Shown piece after piece: positions 40,603 to 54,360 of a stretch of DNA of 64,000 bases (position 1 is the stretch's first letter; each line of letters begins with the position of its first letter). The notes below the pieces were generated by a model that was given only the letters and a program-made list of their open reading frames with translations, did no database searches and had not been told where the DNA came from. Source of the stretch: Octopus sinensis (lineage: Eukaryota); NCBI RefSeq assembly GCF_006345805.1, contig NC_043014.1, positions 27,218,001-27,282,000 of the forward strand. The letters are read 5' to 3'. A program made the position numbers and the translations under genes.

Positions 40603-40603
<1 letters not shown>
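39322..40603 (-). mobile_element. R4/Dong-type non-LTR, 5'-truncated, family B
   Basis: ERLYIQRIEGGRGL, CRICGDGQETINHIISGC, RHD, NRPDIVV, LIDVSIP, KLSKY: CCHC knuckle plus PD-D endonuclease. Flanked by (TAA)n on the sense strand. Confidence 0.92.
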
Positions 40604-40662
<59 letters not shown>

Positions 40663-40665
<3 letters not shown>

Positions 40666-43600
40666 ATAGTCTTATTTTTATCACGTGCTTTCACCGTACT
40701 ACCGAGTGCAGCTCTGTGTGCCTTGGGTATGGGCTGTGGTTTGTTATGGTGCTCTTATTTTCACTGTATTGAAAGTGTTTTACGTAGGATGTGTGCAGTG
40801 CTATTTTCTGTACATTATATATACTTGTAAGTCCTGATTATTTTGTTATGTTTTTGTTTGCATGTTTTTTATCATACCTAATACGCCTACAATGATCGGA
40901 ATTGTTTCTGTTTTTAGGCTCCACATTCAAGCTACCTCTATTTCCAGATCTTTGTCTTTTGAAGGATTCTCTGTTTCTTTTAGAGAAACATTGTTGTCTG
41001 TTGGTATTGATACATCGATTAGAAAGCATTTTGTTTCTTGGTGATCTCTGATAACTATATCCAGCCTATTGGCCTTAATTTGTGTATGTTGGCATATCTT
41101 GGCATATCCAAGAGTATAGTTGCTTTTCCTATTTTATCTGACCTTTTCTGGCGGGTGCCTATACCATCCTTTTTCTGTCGTTATTCCATAGTGTTGGCAT
41201 AGCTTCCAGTGTATATAGGTCCTAATTCTGCCGTGTCTGTGAATATATTCCTTCTTAGACAGGACGGAATAGCCAGAGACAATATGACTTATTCTTTCTT
41301 CTCCATCACCACATATTCTGCAGTTACTTGAATTTCTTTTCATTATGTGTTTTTAGTGATTTCTCGTGGGAAAGCCTTATCCTGTGATGCATATAAAAAT
41401 CCATCAGTCTCTGCTTTGAGTCCTGAGCTTCTCAGCTATTGTTGGGATTTTGCTTTGTCTATTTCTTTTCTGTTTAGCTTAACCCAATATTTGCCATGAA
41501 GGGGCTTTTCTTGCCATCGTTTTATCATCATCCGTTGCTGTTCCAGTTTTAGTTTGGATTTCAGTTGTTTTACAGCTTTTGTTGTTTCTTCTTTTTCTTC
41601 ATAGATGTTAAGTACTATGACTTCTTTTTCGTATTTGTCAGCTTCTTTTTCTTTTTTTTTTTCATTTTCATGTTTATTTCTTTGGTAAATCCATGTACTG
41701 TCTGTAGTAATGTTTCCAGTTGTTTATCATTTGTAGCATACAGCTTTAGATCATCCATATACAAGAGATGGTTGATTGTTTTGCCATAACAGTTGTATCC
41801 ACATCCAGTTCTGTTTAGTATGTCAGATAAAGTTGTCAGTGCAAAGTAGAAAGGGAGTAGAGGGAGCATGTCTCCCTGGAATATTCCTCTTCTAATATGG
41901 ATAGCATTCGTTTTTATGAGTCCCTCTTTTGTTTGGAGCTGTAGCACCGGTTGTCATTTATTCATGGGTTGTTTTATATATTTTCTGATTACTGGTACTA
42001 CCATGTTCATAATTAGTGTTTCTAGGATCCCATGTATGGGAAATACTATCAAAAGTCTTCTGATAATCGATCCAAGCATTACTTAGACCATTCTTCTTTC
42101 TTCGGTTGTCTTCAGTTATGGCTTTATTGTTCAGTAGCTGATCTCTACAACTGCATGAGCCCTTGCAGCATCCCTTTTGCTCTTCTGGTTGTTTTCTTCC
42201 AGTTGTTTGTCTATTCTCTGCGATATTATTGCAGTAAAGGCTTTGTAAATTGCAGGGACACAAGTTATTGGTCTGTAATTTTGTGGGTTTGCTATTTCTA
42301 TGGATTTGGGAAGTAGGATAGTTTTCTCTTCCGTGAGCCACTCAGGCATTGTCTGTGAGCCATTCTGGCTCTGCTAGTATTTTATTAAATTTCTCAGCCA
42401 GTGTTTTATGTGTCTCTGCTAGATAATTTAATCATAAGTTGGGGATCTTATCGTGCCCAGGTGCCTTCCAGTTGCTTAGTTTTTGTAATGCCCGGGTAAC
42501 CTGTTCAGTTGTTATAGGAGTCCAGAGTTGCTCAGGTACTATATTACTTGTTTTGATAGATCTTTTCTGAGGTTGTTCCTTCGCCGACCATATTTCTTTA
42601 CAAAATTCTTCCACTTCTCCTGCTATTGGTGCTGCATTGATTTCTATTTTACTTTTGCCAAGTTCTTGGTAGAATCATTTGGGTTTGGAGCTGAACTGTT
42701 TATTTTGTTCAAAGAAACGTTGACGTTTCTCATACTGGCGGATTCTTTGTGCTCTGGCTAGGAGATCTTGCTTTAGCTGTTCTTTTACCTCAGGTATACC
42801 TTATTCTGTAGTTTTGTATTTACATACTATTTTTCGTCTCTTCTCGATGCTTAGTAGTGTTGCTTGTCTACTAATTTCGCTAAGGATTGACAGATCCTTT
42901 CTTTCATTTTCTATTTTCTTCTGGATATTATTTTCCCACAGAGTTTGTTTAGACTGTGATACCTCTGTTTGGATGGGTTTGAGGGAGCATCCAGCTTCTT
43001 TTGGGGCCACAGAAGCTGCTACATATATTAAATCATTTAACATGGTCATATTGACATTCGTTTCTGTTGCTATTAGCTCTGTGACAGGCAGGTTTATGTT
43101 ATTTATTCTTGATGCTGTCTTATCATCAACTTTAATTTTTGAGAGGTACAATCGGTGGTCCATGCTGAGATCTGCGAATTTTAATTCTTTGAATATACTC
43201 ATTTTTAGAGTATCATATTCATGGATTCCACCTTCACTGTTTCCAGGTTTTAGATTTGTTCCGTATTTCTTTCCGTTTATATTTTTGTCTGTGGTGTTCT
43301 GTTTAATGCATTTTGTTCTTCATTATGCATTCGTACGGTTTGAGTTTGTAGTCTTTCGTTGCTTCGTTTTTGTTGGGCATGTTGCGTCTACTTTCACATT
43401 TCACAGTCCCAGTACTTATATTATTTGGCATTGTTGCGTGGTCACTATATACTGTTTCCTGATGCATTTTCCTTTTAAGTGCTCTATTTCAATTTCTGAT
43501 TTTTTTTTTTTTTTGAGAATATATCTCCTTGGATAGTTTTTTAGGGTTCATCGATATATCCAAATCTAGGCAATTTTTCTTCCAGATTTTATATGTATAT

Positions 43601-43860
43601 GTTATTGTGTTTTCATTCTGTGAGTAGAGAACTACTGTGGAATAAGCGTGCAGGATAGAAATATATTCCTCTCGAGTCCTTTTATGCTTTTTAAAATTTT
43701 ATTTGCGCCACGTGAGTATTGCCCGGCCCTTTACTTTAATGGCCATCATTTTTGTAGGGTACCAGTCCTTTCGTTTCTGGTGTTACTTTTTCGCGCATTT
43801 TGTGTAATAAGTTTAAAATATGCGCTTCCCGTTTGTTATCCTTGGTTTGAATAATACGGG
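40663..43860 (-). mobile_element. R4/Dong-type non-LTR, near full length with internal deletion, decayed
   Basis: WKAPGHDKIPN, NYRPITC, AWIDYQKTFDSI, GIFQGD, NHLLYMDDLKLY, CCHC and RLE motifs, in order. Confidence 0.9.
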
Positions 43861-43874
43861 TATAATTTAATTTA

Positions 43875-43967
<93 letters not shown>

Positions 43968-43969
43968 CA

Positions 43970-45360
43970 TCTTCATATACACTCAACAGATTGGACTGTT
44001 GGAAAAGAAAAAAATCCTAACATCGGGCTACAAGTAATCTTTGATGCCAAGAACCCTCCTAAGTATCTTAGCTGTCCCTAATAACACTGTTTTCTGCAGC
44101 TGTACTAAACTGGGTTTTATGTCTATTTTCTCTATCCATCTTTTCAGAACTTTAAGGATAGTTCCCTGTGCACCTACAACTACCTGGATACATTTTACCC
44201 ACACTTTCCATAATTTCTGGAACTCAATAGCTAGGTCCTGGTACTCTGCTATTTTTTCTATATTTCTCATATCAATGTTTTCATCATTTGGGACTGTAAA
44301 GTCAATTATCCGGTACTTCTCTTTATCTACTAATACCAAATCAGGCCTTCTAGGTTCTATTACTCTGTCAGTCTGAATGTTAAAGTTCCACAACATCTTA
44401 TATATCCTTCACTTGAGTGGAGTCCTCCATTCATATTGAATTAATTCCTAGTTCTTCTGTCTAGCTTTGCTAATTCAGTTTTTGTCTAATCTACAAAAGC
44501 TGCTGAGTATCTAAATAATGATACTGCCGAAGTATTTACAGCCTTCACTAAATTCGGACGACTTAGCTTTGACTTCATTAGCTTCCTCACCCTTCTGATG
44601 TACTCCTTCACAATTTTTGTTTTCATTTCAGTAGTTAGTACCCTGTCAGATTCTAATACTCCGAGATACTTAGAACACTCTCCTCCTTTCAATGATTTTA
44701 ATGTTTGGCCATCTGGTAATTGGATGCCTTCGCTTTTGACTACCTCTCCCCTTCTCATGACTAATATTGCACATTTATCTATACCAAATTCCATGCCTAT
44801 ATCTTTGTCGAAGAGTCTTACAGTTTGTATTAAGGAATCTATCTCTTTTTCATCCTTACTAAAAAGCTTCAGACCATCCATGTAAAGCAAATGGTTAATT
44901 CTCCCCCCCCACACACACACACACACTCACCTATTATTTCTGAACTGATACCCTGTCTTTTGCCTTCCTTAATACTAAACTGAGGGGGATCAAACATAAG
45001 ACAAATATTAAAGGGGAGAACGAGGCTCCCCTGGAAAATTCCTCTTTTTCCTTGAGTAGAGATCTTTTTCCTGAGTAGAGATCTACTTTCCATTTCTTCG
45101 TGCTACAGCTAATGAATTCTCTTATGTTGTCTGCTATACTGAATATACGCAAACACTCACTTATCCATGAGTGTGGGATCATGTCTTAGGCTTTCCTATA
45201 ATCTATCCAAGCTATTGTTAGATTTTTTTCTTTCTAGCTTTTACTTCATCTAGAACTGTTTTGATTATGTATAATAGATCATGCATTCCTCTAATCTTCT
45301 TCCTGCAACCTTTCTGTTCTTCTGGCAGTAAATTCTGGTTGGCAAGGTGCTCGTAAATGC
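43970..45360 (-). mobile_element. R4/Dong-type non-LTR fragment, family C
   Basis: EEQKGCR, AWIDYRKA, INHLLYMDGLKLF, MEFGIDKC, KYLGV, RRPDLVLV...IIDFTVP. Confidence 0.9.
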
Positions 45361-45383
45361 TTTCTCAATGCATCGCAAACAAA

Positions 45384-45770
45384 TGTGCGCGACATGGTGA
45401 TCACATATCAAGATAAACAACGCATGACCTTACAGGTGGGGCCCAGTTAGAATTTCCTTCTGGTCGAGTAGCCCATTCCACTCAAAAAGTCCCTGAATAA
45501 GGATTGTTTAAGGATGTTGAAAGAACCACCCATGTTTCCAGAGGTGAATTATTCAAACCCCAAAGAATCCCTCTCAACACATGGCTATGATGCTCCCCCA
45601 CTACTTCTGCTCGTGATCAGAGACGCACATATCGTCAGCCACTAAGGGACATGCTCAACTGGTTAAGGTCAAACAACTGACAAGCAAATCTGTGGTATTG
45701 AGCAGAATATTTGCTGTAGCCCATCTTTTATACCAAGACAAAACAATGTACATGATATGCTTCCAATCAG
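45384..45770 (-). mobile_element. Element A partial copy
   Basis: Reverse complement of part of 50590-51143. Fused directly to the family C fragment. Confidence 0.85.
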
Positions 45771-45850
<80 letters not shown>

Positions 45851-45852
45851 TT

Positions 45853-46925
45853 AATTCTCAGAGCTCTCGGTCTTATTTGCTCTGGTTGATTCTGTGAGAG
45901 CGGACAGCAACCTGTTGTCAGAGGTCTCACAGGGTCCCTTTCCGCAAATTGTAAGTTTTAGTTCCTGGATGTTAACTTAGCATGGAAGACACTCAACACC
46001 CAAGCACAATATCAAAATCCTAGCCGTCCCCCCCAAAAAACAGTTTTAGCGGGGGCTGCTCTACCCTCATGTCAATTCCAATTTCTCCGATATATTTCTC
46101 GAACCTAGTTGTTAGTGCTCCGAGTATTATTATTATTTTCCGATTGATTTTATTTCATCTTCCGTCCGGATCTCAACCAGAGACCTAACGCAGAGAGAAA
46201 TTTCCTGAGAATGTGGGATATTGATGTCAAAGCAATTTTTTGAGTTTCATAGATTCTTGGTCATTCCCAGGGCACCTACAACAGGGATAGTTTCGATTTT
46301 TAATTGCCACGTCCTAGATATCTCAATCTCAAGGTCCTTATATTTCGACAGTTTTTCAAATTCCTTTGTTAAGATGTTTCTATCAGTAGGCACAGTTATA
46401 TCCTTCTGTTTCGGCTTTCAAACCAGCACTCTGCAGCTACTGATGAGTTATTTGCATATCTACATCAGCTTCTCCAGCTCATTTGGGGTATTGCCCATGC
46501 AATGGTTTTTCTTGCCACAGTTTCGATATTACCTTCAAGCTTTCCTGTTTGGCTTTTGCTTTGCAAATTTTGCTGCCTTGGGTGGTGTGCCTTCCTTACC
46601 ATCATCATAATCAGGGAGGTTAAGCTCTCGTCTGTATTTATATGCCTCCTTTGAGATTGGGTACATTTTCTTACTCTGCTCGCGTTACCTTACTAGAAGT
46701 ATCATCAAGTCGGTATTACTTCGGATATTACTATCGTGGTTGTTTTATAGGACGCGTCAAGTTAGATTAGGCCTCTACCACCTTCATTTCGTGGGAGATA
46801 GAGCTTGTGGACATCTGATTTTGTGTGGCGCATCCTGTTTAGTGTCAGCAGTTTCCTGGTTTCTATGCCCATGCGCTGAAGTTCACTCAGATTCCCATTA
46901 ATGACATTAAGGCTATACTGGACTT
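45853..46925 (-). mobile_element. R4/Dong-type fragments, family D, rearranged
   Basis: KLYLPRNEGGRGL near 46790 and KLSKYKDLEIEISRTW near 46340, minus strand. Confidence 0.75.
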
Positions 46926-46956
46926 GAATTATAATTATTATTATTATTATTATTAT

Positions 46957-47676
46957 TCAGTAGTTTTATTTTTATTTTTATAGCGTGCTTTCACTTCACT
47001 ACCGAGCGCAGCTCTGTGTGCCTTGGGTATGTGCTGTGATTTGTTGTGATGCTCTGATGGTTATTGTATGGAAAGTGTTCTGCGTAGGATGTGTGCAGTG
47101 CCTAGTAGTGCAATTTTCTGTATGTTATATGTGTTTGTAAGTCCTGGTGTTTTTGTTATGTATTTGTCTGAATATTTTTTATCATGCCTAATGCACCTAC
47201 TATGATAGGAATTGTTTCTGTTTTCAGATTCACATTCTGGTTACCTCTCTATTTCCAGGTCTTTGTATTTTGAGAGTTTCTCCATTTCTTTTAGAGAAAC
47301 GTTGTCATCAGCCGGTATTGATACATCAATTAGAAAGCATTTTTTTTCTTCATGGTCTCTGACAACTATATCTGGTCTGTTGGCCTTAATTTCTCTATCT
47401 GTGTGTATCGGCATATCCCAGAGTATGGTTGCTTTCTCGTTTTCTGTGACCTTTTCTGGTGTGTGCCTATACCATCTTTTTTTCTGTGTTATTCCATAAT
47501 GTTGGCATAGCTTCCAATGTATGTAGGTTCCAACTCTGTCATGTCTGTGAATATATTCCTTCTTAGCCAGGACTGGGCAGCTAGAGATAATATGATTTAT
47601 TGTTTCTTGTCCATCTCCACATATTCTGCGTTACTTGTAATATTTCTTTTCATTACATGTTTTTGGTAATTTCTGG
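46957..47676 (-). mobile_element. R4/Dong family B, shorter 5'-truncated copy
   Basis: Nearly identical to 39322-40040, with the same 3' end abutting (TAA)n. Confidence 0.92.
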
Positions 47677-47711
47677 TGGGGAGGCTTATTATTATATTAT
47701 TATTATTATTA

Positions 47712-47776
<65 letters not shown>

Positions 47777-47781
47777 TATTA

Positions 47782-47822
<41 letters not shown>

Positions 47823-47873
47823 TTATTATTTTATATTATTATTATTATTATTATTATTGTTATTATATTATTA

Positions 47874-47913
<40 letters not shown>

Positions 47914-47975
47914 GTTATTATTATTATTATATTATTATTATTATTATTATTATTATATTATTATTTTTATTTTTA

Positions 47976-48011
<36 letters not shown>

Positions 48012-48013
<2 letters not shown>

Positions 48014-48350
48014 GCCTTTGCACAGCTTCTAACGCTGGAGATGCACTACAGTGTCAGCTGTTCACTTCCAGTGAACTAAAGTAACACCTCTTATTTTTCG
48101 AGCACCTTCCGGAGTATTCAAGCAGTCCCAAGCAGTGCTGTTTTCTGCAAGTGCTCCACCCTTATTGCAGCCCCTATTTTTTCCACGTACTCCTCGAGAT
48201 TTTTGCTCACTGTTCCCATGGCTCTGACAATTATTGGTACTACTGCTACCTTTTTCATCGACCACAACTGCTTAACTTCCCAAGCTAACCTGTCATATCT
48301 CTCAACTTTTCTTTCTTCCTTATTGCATACCTTGTTGTTAGCTGGGCATT
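48012..48350 (-). mobile_element. R4/Dong family E 3' fragment
   Basis: The 3' end matches 37961-38150. It sits between TAA tracts. Confidence 0.85.
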
Positions 48351-48355
48351 ATCAC

Positions 48356-48461
<106 letters not shown>

Positions 48462-48472
48462 TTATTATTATT

Positions 48473-49026
48473 GAGTGAGAGAGCAGTTCATGCCATCAAA
48501 GTGACACTGGGGTAAAATATACGAAGCCCAATATACCCATCATGACTACCCGTCTGATAAAGGCACACCAGGCACATGCATCACAACCATATGTGCGCGA
48601 CATGGTGATCTCATATCAAGATAAACAGCACATGACCTTGCAGGTGGGGCCCAGTTAGAATTTTCTTCAGGTTGAGTAGCCCATCCCGCTCAAACGGTCC
48701 CTGAATAAGGGTTGTTTAAGGATGTTGAAAGAACCACCCATGTTTCCAGAGGTGAATTATTCAAACCCCAAAGAATCCCTCTCAACACATGGCTATGATG
48801 CTCCCCCACTACTTCTGCTCGTGATCAGAGACGCACATATCGTCAGCCACTAAGGGACATGCTCAACTGGTTAAGGTCAAACAACTGACAAGCAAATCTG
48901 TGGTATTGAGCAGAATATTTGCTGTAGCCCATCTTTTATACCAAGACAAAACAATGTACATGATAACACTTCCAATCAGTTAAGATCAGAAGCCATGAGA
49001 GCCGTTGCCTGGTACTGCATCAGGGC

Positions 49027-49027
<1 letters not shown>
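48473..49027 (-). mobile_element. Element A full-length copy
   Basis: Starts tgccctgatgcagtacc, ends ctctcactc, with TAA tracts on both sides. Confidence 0.9.
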
Positions 49028-49106
<79 letters not shown>

Positions 49107-50049
49107 CTACCCCAGTTGCTACAATCCTAGCATAAATGGCAACATTTACATATTTATGCAATTAGTGAGTATGTTAGCCCGTAATTGTAGCTAAACGATA
49201 AACATCAGCGGTGAGGACAGCTTGTTTGTCATGTTACTGATGGGACTCTTGGTGACTGCTGTTTTACTGCTATTATTAACGTTGCTGCAGCTGCTACTGC
49301 TGCTGCTCTTGCTGCTGCTGCTGCTGCTGCTGGGGATCCTGATGCTGGTGATAATAGTGAATACAATAGTGGTAGTGATGGTGGTGCGGGTGGTGGTGGC
49401 GGTGGTGATGGTGATTGAGATGTTACTGATAACATTGGCGCTAATGGTAGTTTTGATAGCCGTGGTGGTACTGCTACTGCTACTGCTGACGTTGGTGCTA
49501 GGTAGCGTTGGTGCTCCTGCTGTTGCTGCTGCCGCTACTACTGCCGCTACTAATTCAGCTGGTACTAGTACTGGTAACGTTGCTGCTGCCGCTAACAATG
49601 ATAACACGACACTAACAACAAAACATGGAAAGAGTCACATTTACAACCACTAATTTCAAGATAGTCACTTTGCAAAGTGAAAGTCCTCCTAATTCACAAA
49701 TCGCAGCAGACCCCTTATTGTTTGCCCACAGAATCGCTACAAGCCTTTCAGAAGCCCCCTAACCTTTACTCTTCAACTAAGACAATTCTTTTATCCTTTA
49801 CCTTTTTACGTTTCCGTCATTAGACTGAGGCCATGCTGGTGCACCGTCTTGGAGAATTTTTAGTCAAATGAATCGATCCTAGTACTTCATTTTTTTTTTG
49901 GGGGGGGGTTATGCCTGGTACTTATTCAACCAGTCTCTTTTTCCTTGCTGAACCGCTAAGTTACGGGGGCGTAAACAGTGGTAAGGAACAAATACAGAGA
50001 CAAAGACACATGCACACACAACACACACGCACACGCACACACACACACG

Positions 50050-50086
<37 letters not shown>

Positions 50087-50547
50087 GACGGTCTTCTTTC
50101 AGTTTCCGTCTACCAAATGTGTGTATGCAAATGCTCAAATATTGACCTTTTAGAGTATTACTCACCCCTGTAACAGACAACGAGAGAGCCCTAATCCAGT
50201 CGAATGACTTGCAAGCAAAGCAGCCAAAAATCCCACAAATAATACTTTACATCCTATTGCAATAAAGGGCTCGTCGGGATGTGGCATTGGACTTCTTGAA
50301 GGTTTGGGCAGAGGAAGACAGGATGCTGATGAATGCGATATCTTTGATTATAGCACCCCACTTGATGAAGGCAAACCAACAACAGCAGCAACTCATCTAC
50401 GGGGAGGTATTTTTGTTGCTATTGCTGTTACTACTACTACTACTACTACTACTATTACTAATAATAATAATAATAATATAATAATAATAATAATATAATG
50501 ATAATAATAATAATAATAATAATAATATAATAATAATAATAATAATA

Positions 50548-50589
<42 letters not shown>

Positions 50590-50590
<1 letters not shown>

Positions 50591-51143
50591 GCCCTGATGC
50601 AGTACCAGGCAGTGGCTCTCATGGCTTCTGATCTTAACTGATTGGAAGTGTTATCATGTACATTGTTTTGTCTTGGTATAAAAGATGGGCTACAGCAAAT
50701 ATTCTGCTCAATACCACAGATTTGCTTGTCAGTTGTTTGACCTTAACCAGTTGAGCATGTCCCTTAGTGGCTGACGATATGTGCATCTCTGATCACGAGC
50801 AGAAGTAGTGGGGGAGCATCATAGCCATGTGTTGAGAGGGATTCTTTGGGGTTTGAATAGTTCACCTCTGGAAACATGGGTGGTTCTTTCAACATCCTTA
50901 AGCAACCCTTATTCAGGACCGTTTGAGCGGGATGGGCTACTCAACCTGAAGAAAATTCTAACTGGGCCCCACCTGCAAGGTCATGTGCTGTTTATCTTGA
51001 TATGAGATCACCATGTCGCGCACATATGGTTGTGATGCATGTGCCTGGTGTACCTTTATCAGACGGGTAGTCATGATGGGTATATTGGGCTTCGTATATT
51101 TTACCCCGGTGTCACTTTGATGGCATGAACTGCTCTCTCACTC
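50590..51143 (+). mobile_element. Element A full-length copy
   Basis: Same termini as 48473-49027, in the opposite orientation. Confidence 0.9.
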
Positions 51144-51195
51144 AATGATAATAATAATAATAATAATAATGATAATAATAATAATGATGATGATG

Positions 51196-51256
<61 letters not shown>

Positions 51257-51257
51257 G

Positions 51258-51344
51258 TAACTGGTACATCACACGTAATTAACTGGTACATCACACGTAT
51301 TAACTGGTACATCACACGTATTTAACTGGTACATCACACGTATT
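51258..51344 (+). repeat. Minisatellite, 4 x 21-22 bp (taactggtacatcacacgtat)
   Basis: Direct reading. Confidence 0.9.
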
Positions 51345-51539
51345 GAGAAGAGCATTGTCGATGTGAGAACTGTTGCTGTTCATGTATTTTAATTTAACTT
51401 AAAAAAATTTTTTTTTAAATGAACGAACTACTGAGTTTGGTTTAATGGCCTACCAATGAATACTATGAGTTTCTTTGCCCTAGGAGTCGGGAAGACACTC
51501 GGCAAGAAATGGAAGCAAATTTGAAAGAAGAAAAAAAAA

Positions 51540-51594
<55 letters not shown>

Positions 51595-51612
51595 TATTAA
51601 TAATAATAATAA

Positions 51613-52066
51613 TACAGCAAATATTCTGCTCAATACCACAGATTTGCTTGTCAGTTGTTTGACCGTAACCAGTTGAGCATGTCCCTTAGTGGCTGACGAT
51701 ATGTGCATCTCTGATCACGAGCAGAAGTAGTGGGGGAGCATCATAGCCATGCGTTGAGAGGGATTCTTTGGGGTTTGAATAGTTCACCTCTGGAAACATG
51801 GGTGGTTCTTTCAACATCCTTAAACAACCCTTATTCAGGGACCGTTTGAGCGGGATGGGCTACTCAACCTGAAGAAAATTCTAACTGGGCCCCACCTGCA
51901 AGGTCATGTGCTGTTTATCTTGATATGAGATCACCATGTCGCGCACATATGGTTGTGATGCATGTGCCTGGTGTACCTTTATCAGACGGGTAGTCATGAT
52001 GGGTATATTGGGCTTCGTATATTTTACCCCAGTGTCACTTTGATGGCATGAACTGCTCTCTCACTC
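51613..52066 (+). mobile_element. Element A 5'-truncated copy
   Basis: Starts internally at tacagcaaat and has the common 3' end. Confidence 0.9.
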
Positions 52067-52122
<56 letters not shown>

Positions 52123-52123
<1 letters not shown>

Positions 52124-52604
52124 TGTTTTATCTTGGTATAAAAGATGGGCTACAGCAAATATTCTGCTCAATACCACAGATTTGCTTGTCAGTTGTTTGA
52201 CCTTAACCAGTTGGGCATGTCCCTTAGTGGCTGATGATATGTGCATCTCTGATCACGAGCAGAAGTAGTGGGGGAGCATCATAGCCATGTGTTGAGAGGG
52301 ATTCTTTGGGGTTTGAATAATTCACCTCTGGAAACATGGGTGTTTCGTTCAACGTCCTTAAACAACCCTTATTCAGGGACCTTTTGAGCGGGATGGGTTA
52401 CTCGATCTGAAGAAAATTCTAACTGGGCTCCACCTGCAAGGTCATGTGCTGTTTATCTTGATATGAGATCACCATGTCGCGCACATATGGTTGTGATGCA
52501 TGTGCCTTGTGTACCCTTATCAGACGGGTAGTCATGATGGGTATACTGGGCTTCGTATATTTTACCCCAGTGTCACTTTGATGGCATGCTCTGCTCGCTC
52601 ACTC
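52123..52604 (+). mobile_element. Element A 5'-truncated copy
   Basis: Starts internally at ttgttttatcttgg and has the common 3' end. Confidence 0.9.
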
Positions 52605-52620
52605 AATAATAATAATAATG

Positions 52621-52739
<119 letters not shown>

Positions 52740-52754
52740 AATAATAATAATAAA

Positions 52755-53696
52755 AGCGCGTGAAAACCCGTGATTCTGAATGATAAATAGCAAGAAAAAC
52801 CTCTCTATGGCAAATACCCAAAGAGAGCGAATAATGCAGATGTTGACAAAGCCCTGACCCATCAATGGCTAATGGCCTCTGGCTTAAAATCTGAAACAGA
52901 GGGGTTTATCATAGCAGCTCAAGATCAATGCCTACCAACAAGAAACTACCAGGCCAACATATTAAAGATCGGCAGTAGCCCAACGTGTCGTGTATGCCAG
53001 CAACAAAATGAAACCATTGATCATGTGGTCTCCAAGTGCAGTCTTCTAGCGCCTACAGAGTATCTCAACAGGCATGATAGAGCTGCACAATATATTCACT
53101 GGGTAATCTGCAAAAATCTGGATTTGCCCCATGAAAAAAACTGGTGGGAACACAAACCACACCCAGTGCTTGAAAATGACCACATCTCACTCCTCTGGAA
53201 CTTCACCATTCAAACTGACAGAAAGATAGATGCAAATAGGCCAGACATCACATTGAAAGACTTCAAACAAAGAACATGCCTCCTCATTGATATGACTGTC
53301 CCAATCGATATAAACGTATCTGTCAAGACCTACCAAAAACTGAGCAAATATAAAGATCTTGAAATAGAAATCAGCAAAATGTGGAACCTGAAGACTAAAA
53401 CAATACCTGTTGTCATAGGTGCCCTCAGATACCAGGAAACCCCAAAATGGCAGAAATTCAAAAGATAGTGCTCATGGGAACTGCTCATATCCTACGCAAA
53501 ATACTTTCTATGTAATCTCAAGGTTTAAAACAAACATTTTTTTATTTTTAGACATCCACTAGTACAACACAAAAAACAACCAAATATATGGCACACTAGG
53601 CATAACAACAACGTGAACTTCCAACCTGTTGTCTCTTGAAGTTTCCGGATGAGACTTGGAGCCAAATTGTACAAATATAAAGCAAAAGTCAAACAT
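52755..53696 (+). mobile_element. R4/Dong-type non-LTR 3' fragment, family F
   Basis: ETEGFIIAAQDQ...CRVCQQQNETIDHVVSKC...RHD...NRPDI...LIDMTVP...KLSKY, followed by a (TAA)n tail. Confidence 0.92.
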
Positions 53697-53720
53697 ATAA
53701 TAATAATAATAATAATAATA

Positions 53721-53767
<47 letters not shown>

Positions 53768-53791
53768 TTATTACTTCTACTGTTGCTGCTG

Positions 53792-53832
<41 letters not shown>

Positions 53833-54331
53833 GATACTACTAATACTACCACCACCACCACCACCACCACCACCACCACCACCACTACCACCACCACCAC
53901 CACCACCACCACTACCACCACCACTACCACCACTACATCACTAATACTATATCTTGCAGTTTCAATTTTCCTATATACAGCGTGACTCAGAAGTGACTTT
54001 AGCATTCAAATGAAATATAACAATAAAATACTAAAGGGACTTATGAATTATCTTGCAAATTGGTTTCAAATTTTGACTCAAGGCCAGCAATTTCTGGGGA
54101 GGGATAAATCGATTACATTGATCCCAGTTTTCAAGCTTTATCGACCCGGATGAAAGGTAAAATCGTCCAATTTTCTCTGACAGGTTAGGGCATGGATTCC
54201 TCCAAACGGACGCATATGTCGCTTAGTGGGATCGGCCCATCATTTGCTTCACAAATTTTTTGTCGTCAATACTTCACTTCCCGTATCACCTGTTTTAACA
54301 TAACTGTTTCAACATAACTATGCCATTTTTA

Positions 54332-54360
54332 ACCCGAGCAACGTCGGGTATCTCAGCTAG
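54332..54360 (+). mobile_element. Helitron 3' terminus
   Basis: Hairpin acccga-gcaacg-tcgggt followed by CTAG and then T. The 5' end was not located. Confidence 0.6.

Noticed and set aside
49191-49653. Ala/Thr/Ser- and Leu/Val-rich ORFs resembling a mucin or membrane protein
   Set aside because: Degenerate GCT/GGT/ACT trinucleotide repeats open on both strands, with no splice or domain support.
50590-50650. Hammerhead or HDV-like ribozyme at the 5' end of element A
   Set aside because: CUGAUGC is not the CUGANGA core, there is no matching GAAA stem, and I could not draw an HDV double pseudoknot by eye.
51258-51344. CRISPR-like repeat
   Set aside because: The repeats are contiguous with no spacers, the context is eukaryotic, and no cas genes are present.
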